Both the position numbers and the translations under genes were made by a program. Of a DNA stretch of 64,000 nucleotides, positions 53,200 through 64,000 are shown one piece after another; the first letter of the stretch is position 1; each line of letters begins with the position of its first letter. Source of the stretch: Kudoa neothunni (lineage: Eukaryota > Animalia > Cnidaria); the NCBI GenBank assembly GCA_964304625.1, contig OZ199838.1, positions 10,063,741 through 10,127,740 on the forward strand, given 5' to 3'. The notes below the pieces were generated by a model. That model was not told where the DNA came from. It worked only from the letters and a program-made list of their open reading frames with translations, and did no database searches.

Positions 53200-54128
53200 T
53201 TAACCCTCGGAAGACGGAACTCGAAAAACTTATGCGTGTGCCAAAGAGGAAAGGACCTAAGGTACGGTACTCCAGAGGTTTTTCAACTTAATTCGCTCGC
53301 AGGAATAAAAAATTTGTTTTATGTGGTTATTACTTAATTTAAAATAAAAGTAACCGCCTAGAATATAAAAATATTTAACCAGCTAAGAAATAAATATAAG
53401 CAACTCGTAGCCATCACTTTTAAGAAAAAAGCAATAATAAACAAGAAATTTCTCAGAAATATAGGTTATGTTTGTATAAAGCTATTAAGTAACTATTGGA
53501 AAATTCAAGGTTGATATTCAAGTGAATTTGTCATCTGAAAGGAACAACCGACAAAACCGCCACAACAAAAACTTTCGAAAATTTTCGTTAACCTCATTTT
53601 GCGATCGTGACATTAAACCGTAGGAATATTTCCTTCTCTTCAAACAACTATCTTTTCAGTTATAATTTTTACTCGATGATAAAAATCATAACTGCTGTAA
53701 AAAGAAAAACCCGGCTGGAACAAAATTAAATATTAATCGACCTACAGTTTCAAAATTAATATACTACCAAGAGCGCCAGCGTCTTACAATAATCAGGATT
53801 ATCTCCAAGCTTTTCAGATTCTTCCTGTAGAAGATGAAATCAAAACTTAATCATACTCTCATTCTTTTTATTTATTTAAAAATAGAATAGATAATAAATA
53901 TAAGAGATTCAACGGCCTTTAAACATTAAATACTATTGGTTGGGCTTTGAAAAATTAGTCTATTATTTTATATCTTCAAGGAAAAATTTTTTTATTAGTT
54001 TAATTTAAAGTTTATTTGGTATTAAAAGATAACATATAAAATTATAGAGAAAATAAAAAGGTAAAAATAGAAATTTCGAAAAATAAAATAATTGGGGTTC
54101 CTAAAATACCCCGTCCCGTAAGGGTTAA
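53200..54128. mobile_element. piggyBac-type non-autonomous element
   Basis: TTAA-CCCTCGGAAGACGG ... GGGGTTCCTAAAATACCCCGTCCCGTAAGGG-TTAA. Confidence 0.65.
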
Positions 54129-54445
54129 ACGGGAATAGACCTTCACTAATTACAAGATGAAAATCAATACCTTAAATATTAATTTAAATATATAATTTAT
54201 AAAGTGTTTGCCTCGTTTTGACCTCCACTAAATTGAAATATTCAAATTTAATAAACGCTAAGAGTTTCATCAATATCTCAAGTTTATTCTCTATATATAA
54301 TGTATACAATGCCATCGTAAAATGATTTCAAATGACGAGCATGATTTTTTTGGTACATTAAAAATCAGCAAATAAGATAATTAGGAGTAATTGATTGAAT
54401 ACTTAATAGAACGTTAAATAATTCCATTATAACCAGTCTAAATTA

Positions 54446-57400
54446 TCACTCTGGACTGAGAAGCTGTTCAATGTTGGTTCTGGAGGTTTGATTCAGGAGT
54501 TCAAAACGTTCTTTGAAGAGTTGAGGGAATAAAACCTAAATAGTATTTTTGATTATAAACAGTAACAATAAAGATAAACAATCAAACCTTTAACTTGAGA
54601 GTTACTGGTGTAACATCTTCAATAAGGTAATAGTTTGAACACTTTAGTAATAAGAGAAGAGCAAAATCCAAGCCGACTTGTAATAGCTCCCTTTTTCCAA
54701 CATCATTTATATCAGCACATTCCAAAACATGATTAAGAATGGAGAGTAGAAATCGAAAAAACATTTCGAATTTCATGCATGGTTGGTGACCAGATAGTGT
54801 TTTGAACATAGGAATCAGTGAGTCAATTATTATTACGCCATAAACATCTATCAACTTAATAATATACTTTTTTAATCTGTTCAACTCTTCCTCACATTCA
54901 AAGGGGACACTATAATCAGATATGCAAGAGTTTTCGTCATCATGGGATCTGTCCGCACGACAATCGTGACCATATTGTTTAGAAGGAAAAAGTTCACGCA
55001 TAATATCCATATAAATAATCAGTGCATTGTTTAAAATTTTCCCAATACATTTAACATCATTAATGTCCAATGCATCATTAAATTTTTGTAGAGTGGCACA
55101 TTTAACGAAATATTTGATTATGATAAATAAAGATTCACTCTTACAATCCTTTAATATGCACAATAACGTATTTTTAAGACACACATTCCATTTGTTCTTT
55201 GCTAGATGTTCATCACCATAAAGAATAGTACATTTCAACAGCCGGTATATATTTTTTGTGATATATGAAAAATCAAATTCTTCTTTAGTCGCGGTCAAGA
55301 TCTGATACATAATATCAAGGCAAGTTGGCAAAAATGGAGAGAAATTTTCAGAATAATTTTCAACTAATGCGGAAATTAGTGTGCAAGCTGAAATGCTGTC
55401 TTTAATATATCCATCATTTGAACAATAGCTACATCCGAATGGACATGTAATTTTGTATTCATCATCCGCTGTCTCTCGGGAATTTATGATAGCTTGCTTG
55501 ATCGCAGAGAGAAATCTAACAAGAGAAGGACCAACTTTTGGCAGCAGCGATGCAACACATTTTGTTTTGTATTCAGCTGTACGACGTATAAATGAAAAAA
55601 AGCACGGTTGTATTTCAAGACGGTCAGAAGAAAATTCATGCGATGTATTAAAGCCATCTATAAATTTAACAATCGGTAAGAGGACAGTTTCTAGGTCCTG
55701 TGATGAATAATGTGTGACTAAAGTTGTAATACATGATATCACGTTATGAACTGAATTGTTCGAAAAAGGGATAAAAAATAATTTGTCAAACATTCTTAAA
55801 AGTTTATCGATCATATCAGGTGTATATAGATCGACCTTATCGCCTATCAATTTATAGGAATATCCAATGTTATTCCTTAGCGATCGGGTTATGCTTCCAA
55901 TAAACAAATCATCGTTACTATTTAAGGTTGCTTCCATAAGGCTCATGAAAAGTTGAATTATGCCACATGAAGATACGTAAAAGTTATACTCATAGTATCT
56001 GAATACAATATCAGCAACCCGTTTTACCGCTTCTATTTTAACATATAGATTATTCTGTGTTGAAGCATTTTCAATGATCAACCACAATACATCTTTATGG
56101 AAGTCTGAAAATTCCTCCTCCCAAAAGAGCAAACACAATTTCTCGCTTAGTTTTATTGTAGAATACAAAATTTTAGGGTTTTTGTATGAAAAATATGGAG
56201 TGATACTTTGGAATATTTCAAAGGGGGTGGACATACTATCTCCATAATTTTGCACAATCACAGTTAGACAGTCAATGGCGATAGCGATTTGTCTCCAATC
56301 AGAAGATTTTAAAAACTCAGAAACTTTTGAGGATAAAAATGGACGCAGAAATCTTTCTTTAAATGTATATGAATTCTTTTTAAGGACCAACTGAGCACCT
56401 TCATCTTCAACAGACAAAAATGAGCTACCACACATGGAACCATCTCTAAACCATTCATCTGAATTTAGTGGATAGCTTTCTATAGCCAAATTCAATATAT
56501 TTTCAATAAGAGTAAGAATATAGCTGTCGTTTTTTTGTTTTAAATCCATTCCATAATTATATAAAAATAGCGAAATCCATTTATATATCTCAGCAACCAC
56601 TGGTTTCTCAATATCAGTTTTGTATAGGAGGTTATTAATTACTCGAATAGTTTCGGTAAGGTGTTTTTGGAATATTTTAAAGCATGCAGTGGTGATACCA
56701 CAAATGCAATCCATAAAAGGCAACGCATCTTTTGTAAGAACCGTCTCTTCAATAGCAACCAATAGAAGAGGAGTTAGGTTGTGAAACGTTGAATTACATA
56801 AAATTAGATAATATTTGATAGTCATCTCTTTTAAAACCTTTATTGCGAATATTTCCAACTAAATATTCAGTTTAAAATAGAATATTCATCTTTTTAAAAT
56901 AAATATAATATTTCCTTAGTTGTTATGATAATAATATTTCTAAAAACTCAATCGTACTTGGGGGTTTTCAGAAAATTCTCTAAGACTATTCTCAATAAAG
57001 TTTTGGTATTGAAGCAATTGACTATTTTTATCATCGCCAAACAATTTAGGAGAATTTCTAGGAACCCATTTAATTCAAAACATAATATCTAAAACATACA
57101 TCATTAAAGTAAGCAACATTTTCGTCAGACCGTCTCTATTGGAGGCAACACAGGCAGTAATAATCTCTGAAATCACCACCCATTTATTCTTTTGATCTTT
57201 ATTAATAACTTCAATAAGATTTCCGCATAATAAAACTAATTCTTCCAGAAGTGATTCGTTTTCTTCATGAATCAACAAACTAATGATACAGGATTTCGTT
57301 TCATTTATTAAAGTATTGGAAACATTCTTTTCACTCACCCAACTTAAAAATATATATCTAACCTTTGTTAATGCAACCTTTTTTATCTAGATAAAAGATA

Positions 57401-57651
57401 TGCTTATTGTAAAGAGATATTTGTTTACTTCATACGATTTTTGGGAAGAGAGCACATTAAGAAAAATTACAACTCTTTTTTCGACAGGAATAGAATCAAG
57501 CTTATCCTATTATTAATTTGGGTTTATTTTCCACGTACGATTGGTGATATACATTTGCATCATTGGCCTCACAATCATCGTCGAGAAGTAGCTGATTCAA
57601 TGTTGAACATAGAACCTCAAGATCTGCAAATTCATGTTCGTTTAGATCCAT
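54446..57651 (-). CDS. Importin-beta family HEAT-repeat protein (importin-5/4-like), divergent
   Basis: Long helical ORF (758-aa exon) with FLKSSDWRQIAIAIDCL...ITPYFSYKNPKILYS (cf. IPO5 LQNPDWKYRHAGLMAL...DPHPRVRYA); small flanking exons; last exon 54535-54446. Confidence 0.65.
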
Positions 57652-58067
57652 AATCTTTGAATTGTTTGAGCCAAACAAATAACAGGTTAAAAAATCACCG
57701 CAGCTCGTCAAACTATCAACCAAATCTACCACAATGAAAGTTAGATCTGATTATTACGACGATAACATGCTGCCGCCTTAATATTCTGAATAGTATTCCC
57801 ATCAGGAATAGAAAATATCCCTATTGTATTTTAGATTAATGTATCGAAATAAATATCCACCAATGATTAATTTAATGGATCTCTGAACAATTTTATTTTT
57901 TTGATTATATATATTAGTTGAGCTTCTTTCTGATTTAAACGTAACTATCATTATTATCTATTATAAAAACTCATATTCATATTCATAAAATAATTATCAA
58001 ATTTCATTAAATTAAGCTGTGAAAAAGTTGGAGGCCTTATTGAATAAAGTAATTAATAGTATTTAAG

Positions 58068-59003
58068 TTAACCCATCCAGGTTTCATATTTCAGAAATTG
58101 ATTATTTCCTTAAATGAAAATTTTATTGTCATAATAAAATCATAATTAAAATATTTTTTCAAAAAAATGATTATATGAGCGAAGAATCAAGATTTAAGGT
58201 TGTGCCGTAAGCGACACGCAAAACCCCAGCCGTCGCATGCGCTAAAATTGAACATTATAACACCTTATATATTATTTTTAATGTTATAAGATATTATTAT
58301 TTTTTTATGTAAGATTGAAAACCGTTTTGGATGTAATCGAGTAGAACAGCCATTACAATAATATATAGTGAAGTTATGACACATTGCACACCTCAATCTT
58401 TTACGAGTTGGATCATCTGTAATAATAAAATTTTGGAATGCATTTTTTATTATTTTATAAGATAAAGATGTTTGTCTAACACCTGAAGCAGATTCGCGTA
58501 ATGTAATTAGACATGAGGTTGTTTCTCGTCTGTGTTATAATAAATCCATGGAGCTTTCGCAATAAGTAGTAATAATTCTCCACGAGTTAACGACGCACAA
58601 ATATTTAATTGGTAAATAACTCCCAACACCATTTTTACCCCTAATAGAAGTGCGATAGTTAACAATGTTATTGTCTGCCTGATCTACACCACCCATGCAT
58701 TTGTTATAGGCGTTAATCATATACGGCTGAATAAAGAAATTTGTTTTTTTTTCTATTTTTGAAAGCCTCTTAATTGTCATTTATGGTTGACACAAAGGAT
58801 AGTTGTTAATAACGGTGATTAACTTTGTGCCATTCCACTGAACACAAACAATTCAGTTTCCATCAGTAAATTCTTCATATTGGCCTCTTTTATTTTGAGC
58901 GAAATTGATTGAGGGTGTAAATGGACAGTTTTCAGTTCTATTAGAACGAAGTGTACCTGTCGCCTTTATGTTTTTGTCTTTCAGTGCTTTTAATAGTTTT
59001 TAG
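58068..59003 (-). mobile_element. Truncated piggyBac element with transposase pseudogene
   Basis: TTAA-CCC terminus at 58068; minus strand GTLRSNRTENCPF, VQWNG, INAYNKCMGGVDQAD; frameshifted. Confidence 0.85.
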
Positions 59004-59319
59004 ATGAATAAAAATCACTTATCAGCCATTTCTTTTTTAATTATACACTAATGAGCCTAAGTTAATGGAAAATAATTTGTCTTTTAATTTTTGGAAGATT
59101 TTGCCATTTGATAGAAAAATCTTAATCATTTGATAAATATGGACATAATCATCCTAAAAAATAATAGGTCAACATTTAACACTAATTAAAATAAGCTTAA
59201 CAATGCCGTAATTTGTTATAGATATTTATTCATTGACGATTGGAAAAAGACATAATTATATAAATTTTTACAATAAAATAAAATCTACAAATATAAATAT
59301 GTTTAATTATATTTAAAAG

Positions 59320-60340
59320 TTTAGAAAGAACACGCTTCCTGTGTAATCTTTAAATATCCATTCGGCAATATAGGAAGCGATCATTTCCTTTTTTTTATTC
59401 GTCACTGTGCGATATTTCCGCTTAAAAGCCCTCCCAGTCCCTCAATTCGATTGGTGTGGACTCCTGTAGACGAGACAAATTCCCTATCATGAATTACTGT
59501 CTCATGACCGTATTCATAACCTAGCTCAGTGAGTGAACTATAGGCAGGCCATCCATCTGTATGTATAACAGATCCCTTCTCAACATGAGTGGTAATATTT
59601 TCAAAAGTGGGAGTGTCTCTCTTTTCGGTTTCCACCATAAAGACTCTTTCATCCACATCCACTCCATCAACTATCCATAGACTTTGGTTTTCTAGGATTC
59701 TACCAACTCCAAACTTCCTCTTACAGATTTGACTTCCGTCTACTTGGACTTTTTCGCCAGAGCCACCAACTTTGTTTGGGTTACGAATGAAGTGACTCAA
59801 ACAAATGTCACGTATAAAATTTTTTCAATCCACAATAGTGGCGGAAGAATTTATAAGGCATTCTTTCGTTAAGAAAGTTTGTTCTGTTACTCCCACACTC
59901 CAAAAATATAAAATCTATAAAATTTGATACAGAGAAAGTTGGACTTGGTAGAAAAAACGTGTTTGTTCGTAACGAAGATTCCTTCCTACAATGACTTGAA
60001 ACTGTAGCCATCAGGAGCATTGTTCCTTGGAGAAAGTTTCTTTTGACCTCCACAGGAAAAAACCATTGATGTTGGTGGCAAGTCAAGTTCCCTGGAGAAA
60101 AATAACTAAATCTTCAGGATGATACTTGAAGTAACGCAAGTCTTCAAAATTTAGGTTTTCTAAATTTTCGTAAGTGAAGATTGCAGGAGGAATAATCCGA
60201 AAAATGCAAACAGCTGGAAACCCAATTATTGTCGATGGGAGCAACTGGATGGCGCCGAAGGGGGAAGGAACTGAACGTTAACCCCAAAAGTCTTTAGGTT
60301 ATTGTTGTAAAAGGGACTGGTTGAATAGCATCAAACATTA
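59320..60340 (-). mobile_element. Merlin (IS1595/ISXO2-like) transposase pseudogene
   Basis: KVGGSGEKVQVDGS...KRKFGVGR...WIV...IHTDGWPAY...HETVIH...GVHTNRIEG; upstream Zn-ribbon remnants (PDGYSF, SLRTNTFF); element ends not resolved. Confidence 0.88.
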
Positions 60341-60609
60341 ATACGTTAAAATTCTGAGTTTTGTCAGTTTAAGTTTGCATCTTATAAAAATTAACAGGAA
60401 TCGTTGACTTAAATCTAAAGTTTCTAATATAGAAATGCGAAAATATCTAAAAGTTTTCCAGTAAAATTCAGCCGTGTAATAAAATTTCGCCGAAATTTAA
60501 TAGAAATAAATAAGTTAATTTGATAAAAAAATAACTGATGACTCTATGTAATATTAAAAACTTGCATCCAACCACACCTCATACGCACGCGCACATTCCA
60601 CATTTAAAC

Positions 60610-61116
60610 ATGCCTAGATATGATTTTGTTGTGTTATCAAGAATACTTCGACGAGTAAAGATATTTGGATCATATTAGATTCCTAATTTTTGTATTAGGA
60701 TAGATATGCGTCAATGCTTAGGCGTCATTCAATGTATGTTTTGAACAATGGTGGCGTCATCTTAAACATGGAAAATCTTGGTGAGCTTGATCTGCCATAT
60801 GTTTATGAGAATCACAATTTGAAATTTAAACGTGGAAAGTAAAGAAAAAATTTTTGATTTTTGTTTCTATATGAAATTTATTTACAGCTGGTTTTTGTTT
60901 GATGTGGTTATCAGTCCTCAACTACTTCTCAACTGGAGAAAAGAATTCCAACGAGATACCGATATTATACGTCATCATATGCTTAAGCATGATAATATTC
61001 TACCAAAAAGGAATGCATACAAGGAATCGTGTGCAGATCCAAATTGGTCCGTCACAGCTAAGAAAAACTATTTCAATGAAATGGATGGAGAACCACGTTG
61101 GCTTGACGTCTATTAA
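60610..61116 (+). CDS. MRPS6: Mitochondrial ribosomal protein S6 (bS6m), 3 exons
   Basis: MPRYDFVVLSRILRR|...NGGVILNMENLGELDLPY...|WFLFD...RDTDIIR matches MRPS6 (MPRYEL...LENLGERALPY). Confidence 0.88.
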
Positions 61117-62322
61117 ACTCAAACAGTTGATTTTTGTAACAACCATATACATTCATAGTTGTGAAATTGTTTTTTCTTATCAATTTTAATTGATTAATTA
61201 ATTATTTATAGAAATATTACCTCGTATTTTCATAAGTATTAATCTGGTAAATCTCGAAAAATTCTTAAAAATAGTCCAAAAAATGTCTTATACTAAGAAT
61301 ATGTAACGATTCCGCATCCTTGATAAACAAATATAAACATAATAATAATATTTATCCACCGAATTCAGCAATTGCACTTTATTATAAAAACATTGTTGAA
61401 TTTGAACATGTTTGGAAACTTAAACCGCGAAATATAAAAAATGTATACGCTTACGCGGCAATAATTGACTTTTAACATATTTTAATCTTTTATTATAATA
61501 TTATTTTCAACGGTGAGTTTTTAGAGTTCGACGAATAATTCCTCAGCATATTTTAGTAAGACTTTACTGTTATTTTAACTTGAATTAAAATGATACAGCA
61601 ACAACTATTTAATATTCAATATTTTAATTATTTTAGCATTTTTACAATTGTCCAAAGTGTAATAAGCTGGACTTGTAACTGATAATTTTATAACAAAAAT
61701 ACATACAAAACGAACCTGTAAAGTTTGATACAAGATATAGTCATCTGAAGCTTATATTTGTGCATTTAGCGTGTAGATACACTTCATGTAATCCTAATCC
61801 AGACCTATAAAAAAATTTTGAAAAAATTTAATACACTAATAATAATAAAATCAAAGTTCATGGTAGAGAGTTATTAAGTTCCATTTAAAAGAATTCTGGC
61901 GGGAATAATGTGAGTAAAATCAAATATTGTTCGGATCCTATGAATTCTTTATTAATTAGAATTTTGTTTTTGAGCAAACATATTTTGGTGATCTCAAATG
62001 TATTTCCAATTTTAGGAATGAATGGAGTATTTCTCTTATTTTTATCAATTAATACGGAAGAAATTTTATAATTTGACAATAAACTCAAAAACAACCACCA
62101 AACACTCCGGAGGAAGCAAGTAAGTGACCAATAGAAATGATGGGTATAATAAGCGCACAGCGCGTGCGCTCCCCACAAAAAAATAAATATTCAGTGCACA
62201 GTATATACGCGCTCTCAAAAACCCATTTAATTTTTAATATTAATCTTGTAATAATCTATAAATTATATTACTTTAAAATAAATGTTAAAAAACATAAAGT
62301 CACGTGACAACGTGCGAACATT

Positions 62323-63303
62323 ATGACCAGCCTTGAGTTGATTTTACCATCTCGGGTTTGTGTTTATGGCAATATCGATTCAGTTTTAAAAAAGGAGCAA
62401 TTTGAAGAAAACATCTCTCAACTTAATCTTAACGTGAATTATCACGAAGAAGATGAATTTAACAAAATTGAAGCATTTTGGTGTTACATCACCTACGTAT
62501 ACGACAGTTCAACGTTGAACTTGGATGCGAATAATGCTAAAAACAAGCCAAGCGCTAAGATATGCGCTGTAATAGTGAGAAACAAACAAGTTGAAAGTTT
62601 TATTCTTGAAAAAAGTTGCTTAGATCATTTGAGATGGTTGTGTAATCAGGATAAATGTGGCTCCAATTGGGATACCATTCAATTGATTGTTGTTGGGCCA
62701 AAAGCTAAGAAACAGGTGCAAAATGAACAGCAAGAAAAATTTATGCAAATTATGAACCCTAGATCTTCAAGCACCTCAAAAAAATCCCAACAGCTCCCAT
62801 CAACATCCACTTTGGGTGAAGAACAACTTGAACAGAAACTAATTGGATTACAATTGGAATTAGGTATCAATTTAACATTCTGTACCGATACATTAGCCTA
62901 CAACAAATGGATTAATTGTGCGATGAAATCAGCTATCCGACTTGATTCATTGACCGCCAACGAAAAACAAATACAAAATAATATTTTCACTTTGGATAAA
63001 ATGCTCTCCAATAAAATACAACCAAACACATCTAATTGGAAATCCAAATGTTGGATTCAACAATTGACACAATTTAGATCGATTGACGTTGATACCGCCA
63101 GATCAATCTCGCGGCATTATCCTTCATTGTTTGAGTTGAGACGAACTATTATGGAAAGTGCGCCGGATTTGTCATTTTTAGAAACTTTGATAGTTGAAAA
63201 AGGATATGGAGTTCTTGCTACAAAATCTACTGTTGGTAATACTGTTGCTAAACAACTAGCTCAAGTATTAACTTCAATAAACCCAAATGAATATGTGCTC
63301 TAA
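62323..63303 (+). CDS. EME1: Crossover junction endonuclease subunit EME1-like (intronless)
   Basis: C-terminal WIQQLTQFRSIDVDTARSISRHYPS...LIVEKGYGVLATKSTVGNTVAKQLAQVLTSINP matches the EME1 HhH2 region. Confidence 0.8.
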   Translation: MTSLELILPSRVCVYGNIDSVLKKEQFEENISQLNLNVNYHEEDEFNKIEAFWCYITYVYDSSTLNLDANNAKNKPSAKICAVIVRNKQVESFILEKSCLDHLRWLCNQDKCGSNWDTIQLIVVGPKAKKQVQNEQQEKFMQIMNPRSSSTSKKSQQLPSTSTLGEEQLEQKLIGLQLELGINLTFCTDTLAYNKWINCAMKSAIRLDSLTANEKQIQNNIFTLDKMLSNKIQPNTSNWKSKCWIQQLTQFRSIDVDTARSISRHYPSLFELRRTIMESAPDLSFLETLIVEKGYGVLATKSTVGNTVAKQLAQVLTSINPNEYVL

Positions 63304-63785
63304 ATGCCTTATTGTTGTATATTATGTAGTGTTTTTCATGTCTACATTGTATTTTTTTTCTGAATTGTGTTAGGAAGATACTGATCAGGAACAAATATAT
63401 ATTTCTAAAAAATGCGCAGCTTTTATAAAGTATCTTAACTGCAGTCTAAATAAATAATTGGATTGAATATTTTAAGAGAAAATATTAAATTTTTTTAGCT
63501 TTAATAATTCAACAGGGAAAATCCTAGTCTCAAATAATAACAATGATTTAATCAATAAATCTAAATTTGCATTCAAATGTAGAGGAAATCTAAATTTTAT
63601 ATACTTTCATTTTAAGAAAAGTTCGACATTTGTCTTCTTTTGGGTGGAAAATTCTTCGAGCTTCTTATTAAATAACAATAATTGAATCCAAATAGCAGAT
63701 TACGTGGTGAGCGATGAGAATAATAATAATCTTCGGTATTATTCGAGCTAAAAATCTTATTCAAAGATTTTTATATTTACTTTTG

Positions 63786-64000
63786 ATGATCAGAGCTTTT
63801 ATTATCATAAATAAAGCAGGCAGACCTAGATTTGTTAAGTATTATGACAATGATCTAGTAACAATGCCCATCGGCAATTTATACCACGAAATGTATTTTA
63901 ATTTAGACTGACGCTCAAAAACAAAATTTTGTAGTTGACGTCTATTTGCTGCTGATGAAAAGATCTGATAAAAGCTGTTGTATCGTCGATACTACAAAGT
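63786..64000 (+). CDS. Adaptor protein complex sigma subunit (most like AP-3 sigma), runs off the window
   Basis: MIRAFIIINKAGRPRFVKYYDNDL|TDAQKQNFVVDVYLLLMKRSDKSC; intron 63858-63907. Confidence 0.8.

Noticed and set aside
9990-54115. Recurring GGGGTC...GACCCC palindromes as CRISPR-like or regulatory repeats
   Set aside because: They are dispersed, not arrayed, and always subterminal in TTAA-flanked elements.
59167-60409. Candidate Merlin TIRs GGTCAACATTT / AATCGTTGACT
   Set aside because: Only partial complementarity and no matching 8-9 bp TSD, so not reported as element ends.

Overview
AT-rich eukaryotic genomic DNA with very short GT-AG introns (mostly ~42-70 nt) and fast-evolving proteins. 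A SoxB gene and a two-finger GATA gene indicate an animal; a reduced parasite such as a myxozoan cnidarian is plausible but not provable from this window. Host genes: SoxB (+), divergent TBC1D23 (-), LSm6 (+), GATA (-), a very divergent TE-riddled cullin-1-like gene (+), a kexin/furin-type proprotein convertase (+), an importin-5-like HEAT protein (-), MRPS6 (+), EME1 (+), and the 5' part of an AP-complex sigma subunit (+). Transposons are dense: an intact, very compact Ty3/gypsy element (4165 bp, identical 117-bp LTRs, GGGAA TSD) with a G-GGA-AAC slippery site and predicted pseudoknot for -1 gag-pol frameshifting; seven ~0.9-1.4 kb TTAA-flanked piggyBac-type non-autonomous elements plus a piggyBac transposase relic; two copies of a non-autonomous Helitron; two related IS630/Tc1 elements; hAT and pogo-like MITEs; and a Merlin relic. 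Several are nested up to three levels deep. I found no wholly new system I can support; the strongest leads are the frameshift pseudoknot, the piggyBac MITE set and the decaying cullin. Exon boundaries and homologies were worked out by eye, without database searches.
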